Positions 1-14,440 of a stretch of DNA of 64,000 nucleotides are shown here, piece by piece. The position numbers and the translations under genes were made by a program. The notes beneath the pieces were generated by a model that was not told the DNA's origin, did no database searches, and saw nothing but the letters and a program-made list of their open reading frames with translations. Numbering within the stretch: the stretch's first letter is position 1; each line of letters begins with the position of its first letter. The DNA is from Phoronis australis. Lineage: Eukaryota; Animalia; Phoronida. The stretch is taken from contig NMRA01000953.1 in assembly GCA_002633005.1 (NCBI GenBank), forward strand, positions 25,741-89,740, read 5' to 3'.

Positions 1-2220
1 TTTTAATTTTGTTTTCAAGTGATATACATTTACATGTATTGGAGAATACACAGAACACATAAGGAAAATATTACAAACCCAGAAATTGCAAAGCATTATA
101 TCTGGACAATACACAGATGAAAGTACATTTAGTAAATATAGAACTACTGTACATGTATAAGCATGAAAGTAGTAAACGATGTAAGCATTCAAATATTCAT
201 AAAATTTTGCTATTACTAAATTATTACAAATGGAATCATGTACAGATATGAAAATGAAAAGCAACGAGATTTGTAAGCAATGGTTAAAAGTAAATCAAAT
301 CATTGTCGAAGTTTAGTATAACATTTGATAAATAAATGATAAAAATGTAACTTTAGTAGAGATAGCTTTACAAGAATTGAAAGCATTTACAAATAGTTGG
401 TTTTTCATTGAGTGCACGAGAGAGTTTCTCGGGTATTCGATGAGGGGACATTTTAAAAAAACATGAGGATAGAATTGATGGTCAATACATTTACAGTTTG
501 AAGAGACATTACTGAAGTTGCAAAACTTGTCGGAGTCGAGGAAAATACGGCATCTCGATCGGCACATTGCTCTAACGTTTTCGTTGGGAAGCAAGGATTG
601 AGTTGTCAAAATTATGAAAAACAGTTTTAACTGTTCACGCGATAAGCTGACACGAGTAATCCGTGTTTTGAGCTGCTAAACAGACTGCATGTAAAACCAA
701 TTAGGTCACTGGATAATTTCAACACCTCCGTCTGCCGCCAGATGTCAGGTAACGCAACCGAACGTGCCGCTATCGAGTAGAACTACTCGATCTAAATTGA
801 CACAAAATGGGTTATTTTTGGGTGGCATTCTCCTTTAACTCATTCAAGGAATAAAGATATAATTAAAACACTTGCATGAAAAAGAAACGTGAAAATTTGT
901 CGTCGAATAAAATGCGATGCATCCAGATATGAAAGGTAAGCAAACCCATTTTTGGTGGTAGCGCCTTCCACTGTTCAAAGAAAAGATATCTCATAACCAT
1001 GCTCAAGTGATTTGGTCGATAGAAAGCCAGACGTAATTTATGTACGTCGAATCCGTCCGAATATAGAAATGTGCTATTGTCATGTAAATCGGTCAAGGAA
1101 CTTCGGAGATAAGGAGATTCTGAAGTGAAATAGATAAGATAGCACTAGAGGCACAACTACAAATACATTAAATTCGTCGGTAAGTCTTTGTCCTACAAAT
1201 ATACCATGGCGAGAAAAAGTCAAACGGCCACTACGAGGTAAAAGCTGTCCGAAAATCACTGTCAATTATGCTCCTCCCACAACAAACACGTATGCTATTT
1301 TTTATAATGGTCGTGATTCGTCGGATAAGGAGATGGAGAACAAAAGCAAATTTTTAAACTCTATCTGTTCACACAAAAATGCCTCTAGGAGGCACCTACC
1401 AGACTGAATGGAACAGTCCTCTTTCAAATAGAAACACACGTATCAATTTCAAAAACTATCCTTAGTGTAGTTAGGCCGATTGAGACACTGACTGAGTAAG
1501 CCAAAAACAAGTAAAAACGGCTAATAGGTGCGGCAGAATATGTCGAATGACTCGAAAACGAGATAAAGGCGTTGCCTTTTTACCAAACACCTGTTTCCAA
1601 ATTTCATGAACATCCGTAAATTCGTAGATATATGTAATGATGGAAAACGTCTAAAATTGCCACTAGGCAAAACAGAGATAGCATGAACTTCGAGATACAT
1701 CAAGAATTTTCCTGTAGTGGGCGCTGTTGTCCTACGGGGGTTCTGCGCGCCGTCTGTGAACAACTTCTGTCGGGTCATCAGGTCGTATGCAAATGTGAAT
1801 TCTCATGTAGTAATTGCGCAAAAATAAATTGCAAAAATACCCAATGTAAGTAATCAAACCTTACATTTTTCAGTTTCCAAGTGCAGGTGTCTTTCTAGAA
1901 TTCATGGTATTGGTACATAGTCAAAATGCGTGTAATCTATGCTGTGTAGTGTTCTTTTAAGTAAGCCTATGACGGATTGCCAAGGAACAAACGCAATCCA
2001 AACGCATCAAACATTGAGCAGCCTGTGACGTAGCAAACGAAATAAGAGAGCACATGTTAAGATATGAAATTGTAGCATGAGAAAAATACAAAGTATCTCG
2101 TGGGGCGAATTGTTGTCAGGTCGGGCAATGAAAAATACCCTACCTGTATCATTTGAAGTTGCTTCAATATGAAATCAGTTTGAAATTCGAACTTGCTACC
2201 TCCGGCACTTCAATAGCTGG

Positions 2221-2342
2221 AGTTTTTGTTTTTGTATTTGTTTTTGTGTTTGTGTGTGCGAGCTTGAGCGCGAGTGCGTGTGAGTTCTTGTTTGTGTATG
2301 GGCGTGCGTGTTTGTACAGTATATGTGTGTATGTGTGTGCAA
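2221..2342. repeat. TTTTTG/(TG)n low-complexity microsatellite
   Basis: Directly visible runs: tttttgtttttgtatttgtttttgtgtttgtgtgtgcg...gtgtgtatgtgtgtgc. Confidence 0.8.
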
Positions 2343-3063
2343 GGGCGCATGACATAAATCCGCGGACGCAACAAGAACGCCACTAGGAGGCGCTACAGTA
2401 GCCTGTGTCGCCCAAAAGTCACCGTCAGTGGTCCTCTTCCTTGTAGGAACATATCATCATTGTTCAAAACCATTCTTAGTGCTGTTTGTCCGATGACAGA
2501 TGTACGCAAACATTAAAAATGGCCACTAAGTTACGCACAGTACATCAAATCTTTGAGAAAACGTGAAGGTGGAGTGGTTTCTTTAATAGAAAGGCCCTAC
2601 ATAGGTTACCAGTTTCGTGATGGTGCGTCAAGGCACTTTGAAGATACATAGACAGATATAAAAACTAGGGGCCGCACCGGTTTTTGGAGTCGTCCAAATC
2701 TTCGCTCATGTCGTCCCATTTACAGTGGAAAATTATCTGCAAAATTTCACGAACTTCCGGTACACAAGGAGTTTTGGAAAAAAAGCAGCGGACTCCAAGT
2801 GGACGAACAGATGAGCAGGCAGACGAAAAGACAGACGAACGGGAGTGACAGCATAATGCATCTACATGTAGATAAGTGCATGCAATATAGAAGTATTGTA
2901 CGAGCCACTTCCATGTTTCCATTTTTGAGCATCAAGTCACACTCTCATTACGTTGTAAATTAATATGCGCAACTTTTAAATGGATCAACTGATTAAAGGA
3001 TCAAGTCAATATTTTTTTTAATTTTTCAAAGCTAAATATTTGTTGTCCGCCGTACAAGCTTAC

Positions 3064-6000
3064 CAATTGAGTAGACGGCAATCCTCTTGCTGGCCCCACA
3101 CTTTTCATGACTGCCAGGCCTGCTGCATTTCATATTACACTCAGACTCCGAACGTCGCATGTCCGGAAGCACATGGTTGCCACAAAAACATTCGTGCGCG
3201 TATTCAACACCGGCATAACTATAACCCTTTCTTGCGCAAGTGGCGATGCATTTACGAGGTGCGTTGTAATCATCATTCTGGTATGCCGTGTGTGGAAGCA
3301 ATCGGTTCCCATCTCTTAGATCTTCGTAACAAGTCCATTGGCTGCTGGGGTTAAATGTAATATAAATGTACTTGTAATATGACATACCATAATGAATATT
3401 CACTACTTCTTATTCCAAGAAATATAAATAAGGATATTATGATAACACAAACATAAAAACACTATTTAGTGGAGAGTGTAGCAACACAAACTTGTTGGCA
3501 ATTAAAAGTCTGGAATCGCTCAACCAAACAAAATCAAGTGTTGTGCTAAAGGGTGCATGTTAGTTTGACTGTCCTATTGTATTGTTGCTGGTTTTAGGCC
3601 TGCATTGCAACTATTTTAAAGTGACATAGTTAGAAACGATGAAGCATTTATTGATTTATTAAAATTGAATCAAAATTACACGGATAAAACATCTCAGACA
3701 AGACCGCATCATTATTTTGCTTTTATTCTCGGAAATTGCCGGTTTGTCGCGTAAAGTCACGATGTCAATAACGCCGTCCATCTTTAATTCATCGGTAATT
3801 TCCTTACCGTCCTTGACCTCGAACCGTCAAGGTGGGAAGTATGCTTGGGCTTTTTGGGAACATTTTTTTGTGATCTGACTGCTAATTTCTTGCGAACTCG
3901 CTGGAGCAGGACACCGTGAATGGTATTGTAAGAAAGAACAATTTGTCATTGTTTGTTGAACCACTAATTTGTGTAAAATTATTGAGTTATGTGTTTAATA
4001 TGGAAGGTTGAATCACAGCGCCCGTGGAATTTCTAGTCCTGAGTGGCAAACCTTGTAGTATTACATGTAGTGTATTGGTGACGATCAGAAGCTGAGGACG
4101 CCTGTGCTCCCTACGTCGCAGATTAGACATTATGGTTCTTAGTGGGTGGTCTTTTCCCACAGTTGCCGTGTAATTTGTTAAAGGCGTAGGTCACGTTTTC
4201 CCGTTTAGAAGACTTTGAAAGTATATTTCATACTTTTTAGGGTTCTTAGTAGTTTCATAGGATTATTTTGTTTAAGAAGGCTTGATGGGAAAGTCATTTT
4301 TAGTATCTGGTAAAACATGGGCCAAATCCTGCTTTGGTATCCTTTTAAAATCAAACGTAAGCATATTAAGAATTTTTTAAAATACGATCAAAAAGCAATC
4401 CAACAGCTTGTATAACAAAGCCTTTTTCTCTTCTTAGCGCGCCTTTGTGTGGTGACGAAGTTTTAACCACGGCATTGTGTATAATGCAACGAAAGCTCGA
4501 TATTCTTTTGGAAAATTTCAACTCCTATCGCACACCAGCGAGCGAACAATTCGTTGACATTCTTCTTCCAGACAGGTAAATGCTTTCCGTCTCTAGTTGC
4601 CTCTTTTTGTAGCATTACTCACGCAAGCTTTAACCAACACCACACACCACCCATGTCACATCATTTAGGGACTAGGCAGCCAATAAAGTCACCACCACGA
4701 TTCCACTTAACTTCTATCCTAACTTCTTATCAAGAGCTGAACATATGTGCCAATTGTCATCTTGGTCCTTTTGGCGGGTTCGCAGATAGAAAGGCTCACG
4801 CTAGAAAATGGACTGGAAATTCAAAACACACTTCAAGGTGTCACAAAATGGACAAATCCGTCCGTAAATGAGACGTCGCAGAGCAGAAACCTATTTTCCG
4901 ATTTCATAAAAAATCCATCGCAAAACTCTAAATTAACTGAGATAAACGTAAATACACTAATTTTGTAACCACGAGACACAGCGGTATTCGGATCAGTCCG
5001 AAATTCGTCGCCATCTTGCGCCAGCTTCATAGAAACACCTCTGCCAAATACCATTAAGTATTAAGATCCTGCAAGAGGATTAAAGAGACATAGGAATAGA
5101 CAGTCGGTGCCCGACTAGGAAGCTTTGACCAGTTGATGGTAATGTGCATCCTCATAGAAATAGCCAAGTGGGCGCATAAAAATAGGTTTCAGTTTCCATT
5201 TCAGATGGAGATGGACAAGCTAAATGTGTTACAAACATTCTACATAAAAGTACGTCACCAAGAAGAATACATAGAATTAGTAATATCATCGTAAAGAGAA
5301 AGCCGGGTAAAACACTGCACGAATTACATGTCTTTTATAAGTAACGGAGATCTCTGCAAAGCTATGGACGTATTTGCATAGAATTTAAAATCCGAACCTC
5401 ATACCATAGCTCAGACACCATTGGTAAACAAAAGCAGACGTGAAAAAACGAAGAACGTCTTCACTCAAATACCGTAAGAATGTGACGATTTCTGCATACA
5501 AGAAATGCTCCAGAGTAGGCCATATACTAATACACATGTACATGTACACTGTATCTAGAGTATAAGAAGATAACAAAATAAGATATTGTGGAATAACATT
5601 CGGTTGATTGATAGCAAAACATACTTTATCAAAACAAATATAAAGCGAAGCCTGGTTATCAATGCTCAGTGGCGGATCTACGGGGGGGGGGGGGGNAAAA
5701 AAAACAAAAACATCTCCAGCAAAAAAAAACGGCACCGCCAGCGTCTGTAAACCCCAACTAAACCAACTTGGAAAAAAATGAGGGGGTGAGCTCACTCTGA
5801 AAATATGTTTTTTTGCATTGTGAATTGCTGTTATGAAAATTAACGCATTTCGATTCTTCGTGGCTCATCGGCAAAACCCCGGAGATCAAATGTGCGCGCG
5901 CTTCCGTCGACACTTCTGAAGTAGACTAGCCAAGCATTTTAGATGGATCCATCGCCGAAAAGAGCAGCTCTATAGCTGATTTCTTTAGGAAACTATTTTC

Positions 6001-9000
6001 TTTACTCTAAGATATGTTTTGATTTGATTAGGGGAAATACTGTGGTGCCGCAACCCTGATATTCAGGCGAATTGACGTGCAACGTTTTTAATCATCTCTC
6101 ATGCCGTGTCATCCTATTACACCCCACACGTTTGTAACTGGTGTATAGTAAAGTTGTCTTGTGCAGTATCATACAGAGTACATGTACATGTAATACTTTT
6201 GAAAAAAAACTCGTTTTCCGAAGAACTGCTATTGTGGCGGGCGCCGTGGTCTGGTCGCGAGTCTGTTTGAAGATGCACTCTAACAAGTTATGTCTATACA
6301 AGGANNNNNNNNNNNNNNNNNNNNNNNNNNNNNNNNNNNNNNNNNNNNNNNNNNNNNNNNNNNNNNNNNNNNNNNNNNNNNNNNNNNNNNNNNNNNNNNN
6401 NNNNNNNNNNNNNNNGACGAATATGATGATGGTGGTGGCGATGATGAACAACATCTCAACATTCATATGATGAACTTAGATGTCATAAATCAATAAGAAA
6501 TGGGCTACAGTCTAGTTCATAGAAGGTAAACCAACATCAATGCAGCCAGAGCGCTCAACAAAGGAACAACGTTATCAGAAAATCTCAAATAACTCAAAAA
6601 TTAGACGTCCTAGCGGAAAATGGAAAACATCTTCTGAAAGCCCGTTCAAAATTCTATCTAAACTGATGTTATCGTTTTATTCCGTAAATTTTTCGAAAAA
6701 AATGAAATTTTGAGTTTTTTTTAAGAAATTCAAAGTCAAATAACTCGAAAACGGTAAGTCTCAGAAAGAAATTGTTACGGGCCATTTGAAAGAATATACC
6801 TCAAAGAATCCAAATGCAAAAAATCACGTCTTTTTCTCTTCCGATTTAAAATCGCATTCCAGCACGACTGAAAATGGGTCAACATGCGCCAGATCCGCCA
6901 TCTTGAAAGCAACTTCCGGTTTTTTGGTTTTGTATAATAGCATGTCATAAGAAACTAATACCTGTAAAAATTCGAAGGAATTGGTCTGATAATGCGCCCT
7001 CTAGAGGAGAAAACGTTTTTAGGCCTAAGTCGAGGTGCGCATGCGCGATCGCCGATATTTCCGCCATATTAAACCGCAAGTAAACAATTTCGGGCAAACT
7101 TGTAGCAAACTTCCGGTCCATTTACTGTGCCGATTCTTAGCTTTTTACGTAAAAAATTGTAGCCTCCAGAAGCATTTCAACCTTTTAATGGAAACAAAAT
7201 GGCCGCCACAGCCGCCATCTTGGATCCGATTTTGACGAAAAACAACAGGTTTCCAGTACTTTTGGAAGTACGTGTTATGTGTAAATTTCGTGATGATCGG
7301 ACGAAAATTGCGACCTGTATCGTGCGAACAACCAACAAAAAAATGAAAGCGCTCTGAGGAGCGAAACTTGGAGAAATTAACCAAAAAAAACACGTTCGAG
7401 AGGACGAGAAAAGACGACGACAGAGATGATGACGAAGATGACAGCTATGACGACGATGGTGGCGATAATGGACAACCCTAGTTATGATATCATTCATATA
7501 ACGAACGTAGAGGTCAGAAATCACTAAGAAATAGGCTACAGTCTTGAGCGACACTTGGCGAAATTAACTGAAGAAAAGACGACGTCGGAGATGATGACGC
7601 AGATGACGAATATGATGATGGTGGTGGCCATGATGAAGAACATCATAACATTCATATGACGAATTTAGATGTCATAAATCATTGAGAAATAGGCTGCAGT
7701 CTAGTTCAATAGAAGCTAAACCAACCTGAATGCAGCAAGAGCGCTCAACAAAGGTGCAGCGTTATCACAAAATCTCAAATAACTCGAAAAGTAGACGTCG
7801 TAGAGAAAAATGGAAAGCATCTCCTGAAAGCCCGTTCAAAGCTCTATCTAAACCGATGGTATCGTTTAATTCCGTAAATTTTTCGAAAAAAGTGAAATTT
7901 TGCGTTTTTTCAGAATTTCAAAGTCAAATAACTCGAAAACGGTAAGTCTGAGAAAAAAATTGTTACAGGCCATTTGAAAGATAATACTTCAAAGAATTGA
8001 CATGCAAAAAATCACGTCTTTTTCTCTTCCCGTTTAAAATTACATCCCAGACGACTGAAAATGGGTCAACATGCGCCATATCCGCCATCTTGAATGCAAC
8101 TTCCGGTTTTTTGAAAGATAATACATCAAAGAAATGACATGCAAAAAATCACGTCTTTTTCTCTTCCCGTTTAAAATTGCATCCCAGACGACTGAAAATG
8201 GGTCAACATGCGCCATATCCGCCATCTTGAATGCAACTTCCGGTTTTTTGGCTTTCTATAATAGCATGTTACAAGAAACTATTACCTGTAAAAATTCAAA
8301 GGAATTTGTCTGATAATGCGCCCTCTAGAGGAGAAAACGTTTTTAAGCCAAAATCGAGGTGCACATGCGCGAACACCGATATTTCCGCCATCTTTAGCCG
8401 GAAGTAAACAATTTCCGGTATTCTTGTAGCAAGGTTCCGGTCCATTTACTGTGCCGATTCTTAGCATTTTACGTAAAAAATTGTAGCCTCCAAAAGCATT
8501 TGAACCTTTAAATGGAAACAAAATGGCCGCCACAGCCGCCATCTTGGATCCGATTTTGACGAAAAACAACAGGCTTCCAGTACTTCCGAAAGTACATGTA
8601 CGTGTTATGTGTAAATTTCGTGATGATCAGACGAAAATTGCGACCTGTATGGTGCGAACAAACAAAAAAAACAAACTTAATGTCAGAGCAATATACTTGG
8701 CGAAATTTATTTCGCCAAGTAGAAATGAAAGCGCTCCGAAGAGCGAACCTTCGCGAAATTAACCAAAAAGATGACGATAAAGATGATGACGAAGGCGACG
8801 AATATGACGGCGGTGGTGGCGAAGATGAACAAAAGAAGTAATAATAACATACACATGACGAACGTATAAGTCCGAAATCAGTAAGAAAAAGGATACAGTC
8901 TTGTGCGACACTTGGCGAAATTTACGGAAAAGATAACGACGGAGATGATGACGAAGATGATGATGATGACGACGAATATGATGATGGTGGTGGCGATGAT

Positions 9001-11309
9001 GAAAAACATCACAACATTCATATGATGAACTTAGATGTCATAAATCAATAAGAAATAGGCTACAGTCTAGTTCAATAGAAGATAAACCAACATCGATGCA
9101 GCAAGATCGCTCAACAAAGGAACAGTGTAATCAGAAAATCTCAAATAACTCGAAAAGTAGACGTCCTAGCGAAAAATGAAAAACATCTTCTGAAAGCCCG
9201 TTCAAAATTCTATCTAAATTGATGGTATCGCTTAATCCCGTAAATTTTTCAAAAAAAATGAAATTTTGCGTTCAAAGTCAAATAACTCGAAAACGGTAAG
9301 TCTGACAAAAAATTGTTACAGGCCATTTGAAAGATTTTACTTCAAAGAATCTACATTAAAAAAATCACGTCTTTTTCTTTTCCCGGTTAAAAACGCACTC
9401 CAGACGACTGAAAATGGATCAACATGCGCCATATCCGCCATCTTGAAAGCAACTTTCGGTTTTTTGGCTTTGTATAATAGCATTTTACAAGAAACTAATA
9501 CCTGTAAAAATTCGAAGGAATTGGTCTGATAATACGCCCTCTAGAGGAGAAAACATTTTTAGGCCAAAATTGAGGTGCACATGCGCGATTGCCGATATTT
9601 CCACTTTCTTTACCCGGAAGTAAACAATTTCCGGTAAACTTGTAGAAAACTTCCGGTCCATTTACTGTGCCGATTCTTAGCTTTTTACGTAAAAAATTGT
9701 AGCCTCCAGAAGCATTTGAACCTTTAAATGGAAACAAAATGGCCGCCACAGCCGCCATCTTGGATCCGATTTTAACGAAAAACAATAGGCTTCCAGTACT
9801 TCCGAAAGTACGCGTTATGTGTAAATTTCGTGATGATCGGACAAAAATTGCGACCTGTATCGTGCGAACAAAGGAAAAAAAAACAAAAAAAACAAACTTA
9901 GTGTCAGAGCAATATACTTGGCGAAATTTATTTTGCCAAGTAATAAATTTGTGACTTAGCAGGACCAGCCGTGGAGTCAAATCATATGAAGTGTCCACCG
10001 AAGATAAGGTTGTGCCTGTTTTCACCCACGCAGAAAGTTTCTGAACCCTGAACCACTGGAATGGCAGTAGTCAGTCCAGTGGCGTGGCGAGAACCTCCTT
10101 ACCCCACAGTTAACAGGTGCCTTGCGCCCCTTGGACAACACCTGTTTGGCACCCCTTTCCGAAGGCGACCGGGGTACCTGAGCCACCCCCCTTTGCTACG
10201 TCAAAGAGCCAATCATTCGTCATGTATGAAGTCCATCCGGTGCTTGCGTTGATCTTTATTGACCTCAAGTAGTATATGCCATGAACCGAGTTGTCATTCG
10301 TGAATTGTTACCTATTAGTCCTTATGTTTGCCGCACGGCCAGAAGTATTCGATTTTGGGGTTTGCGGGGATGCAAACACCAAATTTCTGGCAATCGCTGG
10401 ATATTAAAGTTTGTAGCAACCTTCGAAACAATTGAGAACTGTTTAACTGGACCAAGTGCATTTCGTGTAATGCTTTATAAAGAAAAACTAGGTAGAGGTA
10501 AGAATTTCACTTTAAATTATGAACAAGTTAGGAATGGATGAACAAAAGATCAGTTTTTGGAAAGGTGCAACATGGCTGCTACTGAGTGTCAAAATTTACC
10601 GAAAAGTGCTTCATTAAAAAAACCCTCCAAATAGCCATTTTTGCCGCTCAAATTCTAGACACACATATTTGAAAATATTGGGCCATTAAATTATCAAATC
10701 GCAGTCCTTTCAAACCGTATCACTAAATGATCAGCAATCAAATTCGTCTTCTTCTGCGCCAATTTTTCATTGCATAATGGAGGTACAGGTCATAAAGAAT
10801 AATTGATGGAAATTCTTAAAAAGTGATTTTTTACATTTCACGAAACCAAACTCATGCGCTAAGTTTAAAAATATGTATAGCCTCTACCTGTTGGCTTTTA
10901 TATGGAGTCACTCTTAACTTTTAAGCATGTAGGGTGTCGCCCGGCTGATATTACTAATATGCTCAGCGTTATTAAAGGACAGTTACTGAGCTTGAAAAAT
11001 ATTGGGACGAAACTTAATGTACTAAGCATACCAAGATTATATTTTTGACCTACGCAACATCTTCTAAAAAAACAAAGCTTTCAAAGAGAGAACATTGGTT
11101 TTGTGATATATACTCGAAAGAACTTAATGAGAAAAACCTATCAATTTTGACAAGAGCTCTGATGTAACACTTGAGCACTCAGACTAGAAACGTTACTGTT
11201 TAGTAGATTCATTCATTATCGTACTTGAAAATATCAGAAATATGTCTTACCTTGAATTCACTTCAGTTATGAAAAAAAATAATAAGATCAACTGAAGCAA
11301 ACGAACCAT
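3064..11309 (-). CDS. Secreted WSC-domain protein, 5' part (exon 1 11309-11251 signal peptide; exon 2 3344-3064 WSC domain; later exons not resolved)
   Basis: Exon 1 encodes MVRLLQLILLFFFITEVNS and ends AG|GTAAGA (phase 2). Exon 2 starts CCCAG|C (phase 2) and encodes QWTCYEDLRDGNRLL...CIATCARKGYSYAGVEYAHECFCGN...CNMKCSRPGSHEKCGASKRIAVY, the classic WSC pattern (CY.D...C...C...YAGVE...ECFCG...C...C...E.CG...VY). It ends G|GTAAGC. The domain call is strong; joining the two exons is inferred from phase. Confidence 0.75.
5667..5800. mobile_element. Probable MITE end (CAGTGGCGGATC + poly-G), hAT-like terminus
   Basis: cagtggcggatctacggggggggg... resembles termini of non-autonomous hAT-type elements common in invertebrates. 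The partner end was not identified. Confidence 0.3.
6305..6415. other. Assembly gap (N run)
   Basis: Run of Ns immediately upstream of the tandem repeat array. Confidence 0.99.
6416..9945. repeat. Tandem array of ~3 copies of a ~1.2-1.4 kb element containing GAY/GGY triplet sub-repeats
   Basis: gacgaatatgatgatggtggtggc recurs at 6416, 7605 and 8971. aaaatggccgccacagccgccatcttggatccgattt recurs at ~7196, ~8520 and ~9736. Copy 2 carries an extra ~137 bp internal duplication (~7975-8250). No transposase ORF. Confidence 0.93.
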
Positions 11310-12420
11310 TCTTCCGTTGAAAGCTGCCGTATCATGTGTGCATGTAATTTGCAGCTGTATCATTTGAAACGGCTTTGGCGAAGTTCCAGCTTCTGATAAC
11401 GGTCGGCTAGGTGATTAATAACAAATGTTTAACAACTTGTTATGTTGAGCAGACAGGTTACAATTTATAATGTGTCTTTCGTTTCTTCACAGCGCTATTA
11501 GCTGATGACAACGCATAGACTGGGCCAAGGTATTATGCTTAATGTAAGCCTCGCTCCAATGAGCAACGCGGGGAGCAGGGGACACAGCTTCTCCAGACAC
11601 TCGAACAGTACCCCAATGTTTATAAAAATATTCAGGTCTTCCAGAGATAATTAACAAAATCAATGTTTTTAAAAATGGTTGTATGGAACTTGACTTAAAT
11701 AAAAATTAAAGTTTTATTCGAAATAGTTTAAAATTTCTTTTTAATGTTTAATCTTTTTTGTGAGTTTTATAACGTCATAAACATGACAATTGTGCTAGCC
11801 TTCTTTTCGGATCATCACCTTGACTGTACATTGCTTATTGTGTATGAAAAAGGATATTTGTTTTCATATTTGCTGTATATTTAATATATACATGTATCAT
11901 TGTAATATTAACATTAGTTGACCAGTTTATGTATTTGTGTATGATGTTATATCAATTTTTTTGTGCTGCACTGTTATGCATAGATACAAAGGCTCTTGGC
12001 TTTTTCTGGGTCTCTATATTTACTGCATTGACTATTTCACAATAAACATTAATAGAGAATCCTACACGAATCTCAAGTTGATGACATGGGCAAACACTTT
12101 TGGAAATTTTGTTAAAATCCCGAGGCTTGCAGTAATTCAGATACGTTTTGTTAATAAATCTATTTTAAGCTTAACAATTCATATTACATTCAGCTTTCGT
12201 AGCAAATACTGAAGTTATAATCTAATAAATAGTATTTTAAGTTGTAATATTAAAACACAAACATGCTTAGAAATAAGAGTTAGCAAGGCTTCTCCGCGCG
12301 TGAGCACAGGAATGACCTTGAGACAGCACTGTTAGACAGTCTCGCTGCGTTTCTTGAGTTGGGGCTCGTCTCCGCTTGAATGAACGTGGGCATGGAATTT
12401 GTTTCCGAAGATGGGTCAGT

Positions 12421-13584
12421 TTAAGAAGTTGTTTGGATGTCCTTCCGACTGGGAGTACGTGCGGTTGTGACACCTGATTTGTCAACAATAACCTTGTCAC
12501 CTTCTAGGAATTCCAGAACTGTTTGGTTGGCGCGCTTTTTAGTGTTTTGCAGACGATGAAATGTAAGGCATATGGGTTTTTCTATGTGATTCGCCCATGT
12601 AATAGCAAATAATAGGTAATCAATGTTATTAACCAGACTTGTCGTTCCACATTCCAGTTCACGTGAGAAAAATGTATGTGAGTCATCCAGCCCATATGAA
12701 TGTTAATTGGGCAGTACCGGATTTGGCATCCACTTAATTATTTAATAAGAATTGTTTTTGTCTATATACCATATTCATGCCTTAACCATGTTCTTTATTT
12801 TAACATTTACTCGAATGTTAAGTGTTTCTGGAATGCTTAATTAATTTAATTACTAAAACCTTTTGATTTTGTCCGTGGAGTTTCATGTGCATCGAGTCAA
12901 ACTAAGCCAAAGGTAAGGTCGACAGTAAATGGGCAGCGGTTACATGTATACACACCACGCAGCGGGGAGATTGATACTCAAGTTACCAACTAAGAAATAG
13001 TGTCGGTGGTTAAAGTACCCCATGAGCATGAGATTGAAACAATGAAATGTGAAATTACTGAAGAAGTAATGCAATTCGGAAAAGGATCATCTTTTTTACA
13101 ACACCGCTATGTGTGAAAACATGTCCTGAATGAGGCAACTTGAGTTCATGAACATGAATTTAAATGGTTTATTATTCAAAACAAGCGTGAATTCTGAGTT
13201 TAGAGGGAGCTTACAATTTCCTTAGGTCGAGCTCGTAACACTTTGTCTGACCTTCACATTTAGTTCCTCCCGAGCCCAAAAACAGTTCTAAATTGAGTAG
13301 GAAGAAGATACGACTAATTTTATAACGGTAAATGGCGAAACAGAATGCACGGGATCATATTTGTTTTAACGTTTTTTTTTTGGTTTGCTCATTGTACTAG
13401 ACAGTGCTTTCAGACAAATTACACATCAACTAATGCATGGATAGTGCTGTGATAGAATTAAACAGAAGAACTCGAAGAAGCTTCTCAAAAAGAAAGTGTT
13501 TAAATATAAGAATGGTGATAATGCCACTTACCAATGTAGTTAGAGTTGTCCAGTTTGTCCCGAATTGTTTTTAGAATACTGACT
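12421..13584 (-). CDS. Possible last two coding exons of an unidentified gene (13584-13532, 12503-12421)
   Basis: TTCAG|...TACATTG|GTAAGT and CCTAG|AA GGT join in phase 1 to give VSILKTIRDKLDNSNYIEGDKVIVDKSGVTTARTPSRKDIQTTS*. No recognisable domain. Confidence 0.25.
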
Positions 13585-14440
13585 CTGAACGTGAAATTTA
13601 CCTGCTTAACAACCGTTAGTCGCCTTCAGGAAGCTCAATACAAAAGTCTTTTTTGCCTTTTTATCTTTCGTTTCCATAACTTGCCGTTTTTTGTCGTTAA
13701 GAAGACCTTGTTCAAATGGCAGTCACTCGTCGTTAAGTCGCAAATTGTCGCAACTGTTCAATTTTGTGGAAATTTGTGGAACATCACAGGGACAGATTGA
13801 ACCTTTTGCAAGGAGAGCGTAACGGATATTTGTGGATGATGATCAAAACACAGCACCACATTGCAGTCAAACGCATATTTATTTAAGAAGTTGCCATCCG
13901 CACTACTAAATGAGCATATGAATTTTCAGTGTTACACTGTTATTAAATTTATCTAAATAAAACGACAAACACAAAAATTGCGAATGCCAAACAAGGAGCT
14001 CATTGTAAAAATTCCAGGGTCTGACGAATACAAAATTTTTCAAGCAAAAACTCATGAAATCAATATATGAGCTTTTCTATAATAAAGAGCACGTTCTTGT
14101 GTCAGCAAAGGCATGAGATGTTGTTTGCTCTGAGGAAGCAAAAATAATTCGAAAATATATTTAAGAATCACACACCTTTTTAAGTTTGAACTGCACGCCA
14201 CCTAATGGCCAAATTACGTAATCTTATGAGCATGAGATGGAAAAATTTCTGCCCCTGACCGGGACTTGGGCACAGTGATGCATTTAAACTAAGAAGTTTA
14301 TGTACATTGTGTTAAATGATTTTGGTCAAAGTTTGGTAGTCTATAGCGTACCAGCTTCGACACGTGGAGCTAAAATTTGAAACATAGACTGGTGACATAG
14401 TTCTTCATCATATACAAATGAACTTCGCGTCAATGGTTTG

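Noticed and set aside
7035-10025. ORFs within the tandem array (e.g. MAATAAILDPILTKNN..., Asp-rich frames)
   Set aside because: They are by-products of the repeat unit; frames are not preserved between copies and no domain is recognisable.
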